Source of the DNA: an uncultured Akkermansia sp.
Lineage (GTDB): Bacteria; Verrucomicrobiota; Kiritimatiellia; RFP12; JAAYNR01
Assembly: GCA_964506575.1 (NCBI GenBank)
Contig: CAZDLY010000006.1
Location: 9,911-73,910, forward strand
Direction: 5' to 3'
Length of the DNA: 64,000 nt
In this document: one piece after another, positions 35,655-43,726 of the stretch
Layout of the letters: each line of letters begins with the position of its first letter
Numbering within the stretch: position 1 is the stretch's first letter
Program-made: the position numbers and the translations under genes
Notes under the pieces: generated by a model
Told to the model about the DNA's origin: nothing
Database searches by the model: none
What the model saw: only the letters and a program-made list of their open reading frames with translations

Positions 35655-37157
35655 ATGTCGCACTCCACACCCGCCCAGCTCCATCAGTCCGCAACCGCCA
35701 AACTCGCCGAAATCCGCGCGTCCGGCAAGCCGCTGACCGCCAAGGAGCGCGCCGCCATTTCGCCGCAGGAGATGCCCAACCAGGATCCGAACGTCCGCCG
35801 CGGCAATATGAACGAGGTGGCCCTCGGCTATTCGCCCGAACAGACGCAGCTCGAGGCCGAACGCTGCCTCCAGTGCAAGAACGCCCCCTGCGTCGGCGGC
35901 TGCCCGGTGGGAATCAACATCCCCGCCTTTGTCAAGGCCGCGGCCGAGGGGCGCTTTGACGATTCGATCGCCATCATCCGCGAGGCGTCGCTGCTCCCCG
36001 CCGTCTGCGGCCGGGTCTGCCCGCAGGAATCGCAGTGCCAGGCGCCCTGCACGCTCGGCAAGATCCTCAAGGATGTCAACAAGTCGGTCGCCATCGGCCG
36101 CATCGAACGGTTTGTCGCCGACCGCCAGCGGGAGGGCGGCAAACAGGATGTTCCCTCCATCAAGCCGCCGACCGGCAAAAAAGTCGCCGTCATCGGCTCG
36201 GGTCCCGCCTCGATCACGGTCGCGGCCGATGTCCGCCGCGAAGGCCACGCCGTCACGATATTCGAGGCGTTCCACAAGCCCGGCGGCGTCCTCGTCTACG
36301 GCATCCCCGAGTTCCGGCTCCCCAAGGCGATCGTCCGGCAGGAGATCGAAACCCTCCAGGCCATGGGCGTGACGCTGGAGACAAATTACGTCATCGGCCG
36401 CACCCGCAAGCTGCGCGATCTGCTGGAGCAGGACGGCTTTGACGCCGTCTTCGTCGGCACCGGCGCCGGACTGCCAAAATTCATGGGCATCCCGGGCGAA
36501 AATCTCGTCGGCGTCTTTTCCGCCAACGAATACCTCACCCGCTCCAATCTGATGCGGGCCTACGACACCGCGCAGGCCCATACGCCGATCTACCCCTCGC
36601 GCAAAGTCGCCGTTCTCGGCGGCGGCAACGTCGCCATGGACGCCGCCCGCACCGCGCTCCGGTTGGGCGCGGCAGAGGTGCACCTGATCTACCGCCGCAC
36701 CGAACAGGAGATGCCCGCCCGCGTCGAGGAGGTCGCCCATGCGCGGGAGGAAGGGGTGATCTTCCATATCCTGCAGAATGCCAAGCGGATCTTCGGCGAC
36801 GACAACGGCTGCGTGCGCGCCATCGAATGCCTGCGCTATGAACTGGGCGAGCCCGACGCCTCGGGACGCCGCCGCCCCGTGGAAATTCCGGGGAGCGAGT
36901 TTGAGATGGAGATGGACACCGTGATCGTGGCGATCGGCAACGAGTCCAACCCGCTGATCCGCCAGACCACCGCTGGCCTGAACGTCAATAAATACGGCAA
37001 CATCCTGGTCGACGCGACCGGCCAAACGAGCCTCGATGGCGTCTACGCCGGCGGCGATATCGTCCTCGGCGCCGCCACCGTCATCCTCGCCATGGGCGAA
37101 GGCCGCCGCGCCGCCGCCGCCATCAACGCCCGGCTGGCAAGCCCGGCGAGGACCTAG
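35655..37157 (+). CDS. nfnB: NfnB-like / NADPH-dependent glutamate-synthase small-chain-like oxidoreductase
   Basis: CLQCKNAPCVGGCPV and CGRVCPQESQCQAPC [4Fe-4S] motifs, plus VAVIGSGPAS and VLGGGNVAMD dinucleotide folds. Confidence 0.88.
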   Translation: MSHSTPAQLHQSATAKLAEIRASGKPLTAKERAAISPQEMPNQDPNVRRGNMNEVALGYSPEQTQLEAERCLQCKNAPCVGGCPVGINIPAFVKAAAEGRFDDSIAIIREASLLPAVCGRVCPQESQCQAPCTLGKILKDVNKSVAIGRIERFVADRQREGGKQDVPSIKPPTGKKVAVIGSGPASITVAADVRREGHAVTIFEAFHKPGGVLVYGIPEFRLPKAIVRQEIETLQAMGVTLETNYVIGRTRKLRDLLEQDGFDAVFVGTGAGLPKFMGIPGENLVGVFSANEYLTRSNLMRAYDTAQAHTPIYPSRKVAVLGGGNVAMDAARTALRLGAAEVHLIYRRTEQEMPARVEEVAHAREEGVIFHILQNAKRIFGDDNGCVRAIECLRYELGEPDASGRRRPVEIPGSEFEMEMDTVIVAIGNESNPLIRQTTAGLNVNKYGNILVDATGQTSLDGVYAGGDIVLGAATVILAMGEGRRAAAAINARLASPART

Positions 37158-37173
37158 CGTGTGAAACCGCGCC

Positions 37174-38769
37174 ATGCTCCGTGTTCACGACATACACCTG
37201 CCGCTGGATCACGCCCCCGATGACATCGCGGTTGCGGCCGCCCGGATTCTGGGAGTGCGCCCCGGAACGCTGCAGCAGTGGGTCGTCCGCCGCCAGGCCA
37301 TCGACGCGCGCCGGAAGAACGCCATCACGCTGACCTATTCCGTGGATGTCACGGTGGCCAACGAGTCCCGCCTGCTCCCCTCAGCCGCCACGCCACAGGT
37401 GATCCCCTCACCCGACGAATCCTACCATCCGGCCGTTCCCGGCACCTCTCCCTTGCAGCACAGGCCGGTGGTGGTGGGCGCCGGCCCGGCCGGACTCTTT
37501 GCGGCGCTGACGCTGGCGCAGGCCGGCTACCGGCCGATCGTGCTGGAACGGGGCAGGCCGGTTGCGCAGCGCTGCCGGGACGTCGAGGCGTTCTGGAACG
37601 GCGGGGCGCTCAACCCGCACTCCAATGCGCAGTTCGGCGAGGGCGGCGCCGGGACGTTCTCGGACGGCAAGCTGGCCACGCTCATCAACGACCCGCGCTG
37701 CCGCAAGGTGCTGGAGGAGTTCGTGGCCGCCGGCGCCGACCCGTCCATCCTCGTCAACGCCAAGCCCCACCTGGGGACCGACCGACTGCGCGCCGTGGTG
37801 ATCGCGATCCGGAAGCAACTGGAGTCGCTGGGCGCATCGGTGCGCTTCGAACACCAGGTGACCGGCCTGGACCTGAATCAGCATCAGCTCTGCGGGGTCC
37901 GCCTGCAAACCGGCGAAGCCCTGCCCGCCCAGGTCTGCGTGCTCGCCATCGGGCACAGCGCGCGAGACACCGTCGCCATGCTGCTGCACAGCGGCCTGCG
38001 GCTGACGCCCAAACCGTTTTCCGTCGGCGTGCGCATTGAACACCCGCAGGCGCTCATCGACGCGGCGCAATATGGCCGTTTTGCCGGACATGCGCGTCTG
38101 GGCCCGGCGGACTACAAACTGGCCTATCACGCGCCCCACGGACGCAGCGCCTACACCTTCTGCATGTGCCCCGGCGGCGAGGTGATTGCCGCCGCCTCGG
38201 AATGCGGCGGCGTAGTCACCAACGGCATGAGCGTCTCGGCGCGCGACCGGGTCAACGCCAATGCGGCGGTGCTGGTCGGCGTGACGCCCGCCGATTTTCC
38301 GGGCGACTCCCCGCTGAGCGGCTTTGAGTTCCAACGTCAGTGGGAAGCGCTGGCGTTTGCACTCGGGGGCGCCAGCTACTGCGCACCGGCGCAACGGGTC
38401 GGCGATTTTCTGCGCGGTGTGCCCAGCACGCAGTTTGGCCGCGTGACCCCCAGCTACACCCCCGGCGTGCGGCCAGCGGACCTCCGCGGCTGCCTGCCAC
38501 CGTATGTGGTGGAAACCCTCCGCGCGGCGTTGCCACAGTTCGGCAAACGCATCGCCGGCTTCGACCTGCCCGACGCCGTCCTGAACGGTGTGGAAACCCG
38601 CAGCTCGTCGCCGGTGAGCATGCCGCGGAGCCAGACGGGCGAGGGCAGCATCGGCGGCCTCTACCCCGCAGGCGAGGGCGCCGGACACGCCGGCGGCATC
38701 ACCTCCGCGGCCGTCGATGGCATCCGCATGGCCGAAGCCATCATTTCCCGTTTTGCGCCGCCCCGCTGA
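37174..38769 (+). CDS. FAD-dependent oxidoreductase (COG2509-type uncharacterised dehydrogenase)
   Basis: N-terminal MLRVHDIHLPLDH...IDARRK ferredoxin-like region, VVVGAGPAGLFAAL, and C-terminal YPAGEGAGHAGGI. Confidence 0.85.
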   Translation: MLRVHDIHLPLDHAPDDIAVAAARILGVRPGTLQQWVVRRQAIDARRKNAITLTYSVDVTVANESRLLPSAATPQVIPSPDESYHPAVPGTSPLQHRPVVVGAGPAGLFAALTLAQAGYRPIVLERGRPVAQRCRDVEAFWNGGALNPHSNAQFGEGGAGTFSDGKLATLINDPRCRKVLEEFVAAGADPSILVNAKPHLGTDRLRAVVIAIRKQLESLGASVRFEHQVTGLDLNQHQLCGVRLQTGEALPAQVCVLAIGHSARDTVAMLLHSGLRLTPKPFSVGVRIEHPQALIDAAQYGRFAGHARLGPADYKLAYHAPHGRSAYTFCMCPGGEVIAAASECGGVVTNGMSVSARDRVNANAAVLVGVTPADFPGDSPLSGFEFQRQWEALAFALGGASYCAPAQRVGDFLRGVPSTQFGRVTPSYTPGVRPADLRGCLPPYVVETLRAALPQFGKRIAGFDLPDAVLNGVETRSSSPVSMPRSQTGEGSIGGLYPAGEGAGHAGGITSAAVDGIRMAEAIISRFAPPR

Positions 38770-38856
38770 CGCGTCCGACGCCTGGACACTCGTGTTGTGG
38801 ATAGGGCGGCCATGATGTGCTACCCTTGTCCCGTTACAACCAGAGAGGGGGCTGTT

Positions 38857-38988
38857 ATGCGATCATCACGGATCAAAACGGACGGAACGGGCTATTATCA
38901 CTTCATCAGCCGGGTGGTGGACCGACAGATGATTCTGGGGAGCGTGGAACGAGAGAAGTTACCCGAGGTCTGTCCAGAAATGGGGTGA
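38857..38988 (+). pseudogene. N-terminal remnant (43 aa) of a Y1/HUH IS200-like (RAYT-like) transposase-like gene
   Basis: MRSSRIKTDGTGYYHFISRVVDRQMILGSVEREKL matches the N-terminal pattern of the family, whose C-terminal part is seen at 63183-64000. The HUH and Tyr regions are absent. Confidence 0.5.
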
Positions 38989-39078
38989 GCTTCGGCGCGT
39001 GATGCATGAAAGCCAGCCGCGCGGCTTCGCCGCGAAGAAACGAGGGGGTAACTGGGAATGAAAATCCGGGTTGTCTTT

Positions 39079-39136
39079 CGTCCTCGTCCTCGTCCTCGTC
39101 CTCGGGAATCGAGTACGAGGACGACGACGAGGACGA
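39079..39136. repeat. Long triplet-repeat hairpin (CGTCCT)n / (AGGACG)n, about 22-bp stem with 1 mismatch and an 11-nt loop
   Basis: cgtcctcgtcctcgtcctcgtcctcg ggaatcgagta cgaggacgacgacgaggacgag. Confidence 0.8.
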
Positions 39137-39168
39137 GCCCTCGCGGCAGCTTGAAGTTAAGATATGAC

Positions 39169-39197
39169 TTGCGCGGCGGGAATCCAGCGGTTATATT
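39169..39197 (+). promoter_or_regulatory. Candidate promoter of the TA operon (TTGCGC-N17-TATATT). It would give a near-leaderless toxin mRNA.
   Basis: acTTGCGCggcgggaatccagcggtTATATTatctccgccATG. Confidence 0.4.
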
Positions 39198-39206
39198 ATC
39201 TCCGCC

Positions 39207-39473
39207 ATGAAATTCGAGGTCCGGATCAAGAGGAAGATCGAGCGTGGTCTGCAAAGACTGCCCCCAGATGTTCAGAAGCTCTTCTTCCTTCTGGTTGCCG
39301 ACCTCCAGGTGGACGGTCCCATCCAGAAGAGTTGGCGTAACTTTTCGCCCCTCGGAGATGATCGGTACCACTGCCACCTGAATTACCGATATGTGGCATG
39401 CTGGACATGCCGGAAGAACGAAATAGTAATAGAGGTGTACTATGCTGGCTCTCGTGAAAAAGCCCCATATTGA
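39207..39473 (+). CDS. RelE/ParE-superfamily toxin (88 aa)
   Basis: Size, basic composition, and the C-terminal ..YRYVACWTCRKNEIVIEVYYAGSREKAPY pattern (compare YRviY...i.vl.vg.R..vY). It overlaps the downstream HTH gene. Confidence 0.75.
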   Translation: MKFEVRIKRKIERGLQRLPPDVQKLFFLLVADLQVDGPIQKSWRNFSPLGDDRYHCHLNYRYVACWTCRKNEIVIEVYYAGSREKAPY

Positions 39474-39822
39474 GATTTCGCTCCACGGCGAGCACGTGGC
39501 CGAGATTGTTGACTGGATCAGGAAGAGGTTCGAGGTCACGGTGCTCGCGGAGGAGCCCGAGGACGAATTGGTCTCCATCGAGAGTACGGAGTACTGGAAG
39601 GAAATGGAGAAGAACCGTGTCGGCAACCTCTTGGCTGGCGCCCGTCTCAAGGCCGGTCTGACGCAGGCCCAACTCGCCAACAAGCTCGGCATTCGACAGA
39701 ACATGGTCAGCGACTTCGAGCGTGGTCGTCGCACCTATTCCGATGCCATGGCCAAGCGGATCAGCCAGACGCTCCAGGTCAAGGAAGCGCACATCAAATA
39801 CGGAGGCGAACGAGATCATTGA
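39442..39822 (+). CDS. XRE-family HTH antitoxin (HigA-like order: toxin first)
   Basis: C-terminal HTH LKAGLTQAQLANKLGIRQNMVSDFERGRR. There is a 32-nt overlap with the toxin gene. Confidence 0.78.
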   Translation: MLALVKKPHIEISLHGEHVAEIVDWIRKRFEVTVLAEEPEDELVSIESTEYWKEMEKNRVGNLLAGARLKAGLTQAQLANKLGIRQNMVSDFERGRRTYSDAMAKRISQTLQVKEAHIKYGGERDH

Positions 39823-39878
39823 TACCACTCGTTGGCATGCGCCTCAGGGGCCACACCCGCTGTCGCCAACCGATTACC

Positions 39879-40712
39879 TCACGGCACCTGTATGCGTCTG
39901 ACGCGGGCGGCTCCGTCGCGCTGCACCGTCCGGGCGTAGCGGACGGCGGGCGGGCCGAACAGCATGGCGTAGTAGTAATTTCCTGGTGCCACGCCCACAA
40001 CCTCCCGGAGATCCGGAAGCAGTTCCAGCACCATTTTCGCCAGCCCGCACCAGACCGTGCCCAGACCCGCACTCTGGGCCATCAGTTCAAAGTAGGCCAG
40101 CGTCAGGTTCACGTCCTCCTGCGGACAGGCGGATTCCGAGGCGGCCGAGACCACCAGCAGATGCGGCGCGCCCCGGAAGACGATGTCCTCGCCCCGGTCG
40201 AACCAGGCTGGCGCCGCTTCGCTGATGAAAGCGAATGACTCCGGCATCCGCCCCGCCTTCGTCACCTCGGCCAAGCCGTTCATGGCCTGGATGCGAAACC
40301 GCTGCATCGCGTCCTTGTCGTCGATCACGGAGAACGTCAGCCCCATCCGGTTGCACCCGGTGGGGGCGTTTCCGAGCGCCGCCAGCAGGCGCCGCAGCAG
40401 GCGCGGGTCCACATTCTCGTCCCGGTACCGGCGCACGCTGCGCCGCCCCCGGACCAGGTTGGTCATCGTGTCCAGCGTCGGAAACGAGCCGCTGGCGAGC
40501 GCGATGCTGTCGGCGGGGTTGCACCCGGCTATCGAGATCGCCGCCGCAGGGCAGACCGCCAGGCAGTGCTGGCACTGGATGCAGTTTTCCTCGTTTTCCA
40601 CCCGAATCCGGGGCGGCGCGTCACCGGACCGCTCGATGATCTGCGACGGACAGTCGAGCACGCACTGCCCGCAGCGCGTGCATGTGGCGTCATTCACAAC
40701 AAACTGAATCAT
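39879..40712 (-). CDS. Nitroreductase-family protein with an N-terminal 2x[4Fe-4S] ferredoxin domain
   Basis: CTRCGQCVLDCP and CIQCQHCLAVCP, then RRSVRRYRDE...TGCNRM nitroreductase motifs. Confidence 0.87.
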   Translation of the reverse strand: MIQFVVNDATCTRCGQCVLDCPSQIIERSGDAPPRIRVENEENCIQCQHCLAVCPAAAISIAGCNPADSIALASGSFPTLDTMTNLVRGRRSVRRYRDENVDPRLLRRLLAALGNAPTGCNRMGLTFSVIDDKDAMQRFRIQAMNGLAEVTKAGRMPESFAFISEAAPAWFDRGEDIVFRGAPHLLVVSAASESACPQEDVNLTLAYFELMAQSAGLGTVWCGLAKMVLELLPDLREVVGVAPGNYYYAMLFGPPAVRYARTVQRDGAARVRRIQVP

Positions 40713-41692
40713 GTCGCTTCCTCCCTTTTGCTTGTCTGATTCATTTGCATCAGCGCCCGCTCCATCGCGGCATCGCCGGCGGCGACGGCTTCGCGGGCGC
40801 GCTGAAATTCGAGCGTCTGAATGTGCCCGACCGCCGGCTGGACCAGCAGGTCGGGCGGTTCCAGCACGAGGCGGGCGCGGGTGATCTGATTTTCAACCAG
40901 ACGGAACGTCTGCGTGAGCACCTCGAAGATGGAGGCCGACCCGGGATCGGCCTTGAACCCGCGCGCGAGCGCCGCCCGCGAGGCCCGCCGCAGCGGCGGC
41001 AGCCGGGCCGACCAGTCGTCGAGCCTCTGACGCCAGGCCGCGGGCCGTGCACCGACCTCCACGGGGGCGGCCCCCGGATGCGGCGCGGCGGGCAGCGGAT
41101 CGCGCGGTGGCACGTTCGTCGCGGGCACGTTCAGGTTGACGTCCACGGCGATGACAAACTCCGCGCCCATCGCCCGCGCGACGCTCACCGGCAGCGGGTT
41201 GACCAGCCCGCCATCCACCAGCAGGCAGCCGTTGCGGATCACCGGCGTGAAGATGCCCGGTATGGCGATGCTGGCCCGCACGGCCTGATCCACGCGCCCG
41301 GCGTCGATCACGACCTCCCGTTCGGTTCTGAGATCGGTGGCGACCGCCGCAAACGGCAGGTTGAGCGTGCCGAAGGTGTTGCCGCCCGTCAGTTCGTTGA
41401 TCAGCCGCTGCAACCGGCGGCCGGAAAGAAGCCCGGACCGGGACAGGCTGATCTCGACAAACAGTTCGAACAGCCGCCGCCGATCCAGCGTGTTCGAGAG
41501 GGTGTTGGCCAGATCGTGCTGCCCCGCCGCAAAGGCCGCGCCGAAGAGCGCGCCGGCGCTAGCGCCCACGATGCACACGAGCGGAACCCGGCGCCGGATG
41601 AGGCAGTTGAGCGCGCCGACATGCGCCCAGCCGCGGGCGCCGCCGCTGCCGAGAACCAGTCCGATCTTGGGCGGGTGGAAGTGTGTTGGCAT
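40709..41692 (-). CDS. Patatin-like phospholipase
   Basis: GLVLGSGGARG oxyanion motif, GASAG nucleophile elbow, and the DGG catalytic Asp (LLVDGGLVNPLP). Its stop overlaps the nitroreductase ATG (ATGA). Confidence 0.88.
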   Translation of the reverse strand: MPTHFHPPKIGLVLGSGGARGWAHVGALNCLIRRRVPLVCIVGASAGALFGAAFAAGQHDLANTLSNTLDRRRLFELFVEISLSRSGLLSGRRLQRLINELTGGNTFGTLNLPFAAVATDLRTEREVVIDAGRVDQAVRASIAIPGIFTPVIRNGCLLVDGGLVNPLPVSVARAMGAEFVIAVDVNLNVPATNVPPRDPLPAAPHPGAAPVEVGARPAAWRQRLDDWSARLPPLRRASRAALARGFKADPGSASIFEVLTQTFRLVENQITRARLVLEPPDLLVQPAVGHIQTLEFQRAREAVAAGDAAMERALMQMNQTSKREEAT

Positions 41693-41750
41693 GGGGCGGC
41701 GATCTGCTTGTTTGCCTCCGGGGCGTGGGTATTGTCGACACCGTAAAAGG

Positions 41751-43715
41751 TCAGACGCCTGCGCGCGGGGCCTCGGCCCGCACGAGGGGCGTGCGGCTGA
41801 AGGCGGCGAGGCTTTCGACATACGCGAGCGGCAGCCCGATGTCGTACCGCCGGCCGCGGACGCAGACCCCGACGAAGCCGTCGTGGCGCCGGACCGCGTC
41901 GAGGCAGGATGTCAGTTGGAACTCGCCCCGTTCGCGGAGGTTGAGCCGGATGTTCTCCTCCAGCGCCTCGAAGACGGCGGGTTTGAGCGCGTAGATGCCG
42001 AACACGGAGAGGAAGGTGTCGGCGGCGAGGCCATCAACCGGCAGGTGTTCGCGGGCGTAATCGGCCGTCGGCTTCTCGGCGAATTCGGAGATGTCCAGAA
42101 CCTCGCCGGCGTGCTCGCGGCGCCACACGCCGGTCACGCAGCCGTAGTGGTGAACGTCGGTGACGGGCGTCTCCAGCAGCCCCACGGCGCTCTTGCCGGT
42201 GCGCTCGAAGGCATCCAGCACCTGCCGGGCGCAGCAGGCGGCGGTGTCGGAGGTGTAGAGATGATCGCCGAGCATGAGCAGGAACGGCTCGCCACCCACC
42301 CATGCGCGGGCGCAGAAGACGGCGTGCCCGAACCCCTCCTGTGCGTCCTGCGTGAGCAGGGTCACGCGCCGCCCCAGCGCCAGCAGCCGGTCGCACGCGT
42401 GCTGATCGGCCTTGGAGAGCTTGTTGAAATGATCGGCGGGAGGGGGCGTGTGAAAGAGCTCCCGGAAGGTCTCGAGGTCACGCGTCTGCACGAGGATGGC
42501 CACCTCCTCGATCCCCGCAGCCATCGCCTCCTCCACGATCGCGAGGATCACGGGACGGGCGCGGCCGTCGGCACCGACAACCGGGAACAGCTCTTTCTTC
42601 ACCGCCTTGGTGGCGGGGAAGAGCCGGGTTCCGAAACCAGCGGCGGGGATGACGGCCTTGCGGATACGGCTGCCGGTCTGGATCGTCAGGGGCAGTCCGG
42701 TCATCCCCAGATCGCGCGTGATGATGCGGATGATCTCCCGCTGCGCGGCGGCGTCGCGGGCGATGAGCTGGGCCGATCCGTCGCCCTGCGATCCCACGCC
42801 CTTGCCCCCGTAAAACAGCGGCTGCAGCGGCGGATGGGCCAGCAGGCGGTGCAGGACGGGCGCGGCCAGTTGCGCGGGGCAGGCGGGCGCGACCTGCTCG
42901 TCAAAGAGCCGCTGCGCGCGGGTCATCAGGGCCCCGATCCCCGCAGCGTCTCCCAGCCGCAGCAGCCGCGCGGCCTCGGCAACGATCTCGCGATTCTGCT
43001 CGCCGAGGCAGCGCTGGACATTGCGCGCGGCCTCGGTTTCGGCAAATGGATAACAATGGTTCAGGCTGTTGAGGATCTCGCGGGTGTCCTTGGCGGCGTG
43101 GAGATCGACGAGCACCATGTGGATGTCGCGACTGACGACCAGCTCTTCGACGTCGATCCGGTCGCCGTCGAACGTCATCAGGATCGGGCGCTCCCCGTAC
43201 GCGCACCCCTGATCCATGCGGCCGCAACGCGAGGGGGTCGTGATCTCGCCGAGATACGCCAGCTCCATCTCGCCGCGCACGGTCAGCTTGAGGTCATACA
43301 CGCGGTTGAACGCGCGGGCGACCAGAACCGAGACCGCAGCACTCGAGCTCAGCCCCTTCTTGACCGGCAGGTCGGTGCGATCATTGTCAATGATCAGCCC
43401 GCGCACCCGGTAATTCACCAGAATCTGATAGGCCACGCCCGCCGCATAACTGTAGAAGCCGCCCTCGCGGGCGGCTTCAAGCAGCACCGGCGCCGACATT
43501 TCGACCGACCATTCGGGAAGGCGGGAGCCGTCATTGAGGGTGGTGCGGAGGATCAGCCGGCCCGGGTGCGGCGAGACCTCGGCGTGAACCCCCTGATTGG
43601 TGCCGGTGATGATCGCCGCGCCGGCGGGAATGCCGGCATTGATCCGGCGGTAGGTGCCCGCCCAATCGCTGTGCTCGCCAAACAGGCAGATGCGTCCGGG
43701 AACGGAGATGCGCAT
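41751..43715 (-). CDS. Bifunctional galactokinase-like GHMP sugar kinase (N-terminal) / GalU-like UTP-sugar-1-phosphate uridylyltransferase (C-terminal)
   Basis: GRICLFGEHSDWAG (galactokinase signature-like) and PVKKGLSSSAAV (GHMP ATP motif), then KAVIPAAGFGTRLFPATKAVKKELFPVV (GalU-type NTP-transferase). The domain boundary is at about 42675. Confidence 0.85.
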   Translation of the reverse strand: MRISVPGRICLFGEHSDWAGTYRRINAGIPAGAAIITGTNQGVHAEVSPHPGRLILRTTLNDGSRLPEWSVEMSAPVLLEAAREGGFYSYAAGVAYQILVNYRVRGLIIDNDRTDLPVKKGLSSSAAVSVLVARAFNRVYDLKLTVRGEMELAYLGEITTPSRCGRMDQGCAYGERPILMTFDGDRIDVEELVVSRDIHMVLVDLHAAKDTREILNSLNHCYPFAETEAARNVQRCLGEQNREIVAEAARLLRLGDAAGIGALMTRAQRLFDEQVAPACPAQLAAPVLHRLLAHPPLQPLFYGGKGVGSQGDGSAQLIARDAAAQREIIRIITRDLGMTGLPLTIQTGSRIRKAVIPAAGFGTRLFPATKAVKKELFPVVGADGRARPVILAIVEEAMAAGIEEVAILVQTRDLETFRELFHTPPPADHFNKLSKADQHACDRLLALGRRVTLLTQDAQEGFGHAVFCARAWVGGEPFLLMLGDHLYTSDTAACCARQVLDAFERTGKSAVGLLETPVTDVHHYGCVTGVWRREHAGEVLDISEFAEKPTADYAREHLPVDGLAADTFLSVFGIYALKPAVFEALEENIRLNLRERGEFQLTSCLDAVRRHDGFVGVCVRGRRYDIGLPLAYVESLAAFSRTPLVRAEAPRAGV

Positions 43716-43726
43716 GACGAAAATCC

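Noticed and set aside
38989-39078. Continuation of the truncated transposase-like gene in another frame (a frameshifted full-length pseudogene).
   Set aside because: Translating the other frames downstream of 38970 gives only a few residues before stops and no HUH or Tyr motif. Only about 220 nt remain before the TA promoter, so most of the gene is simply absent.
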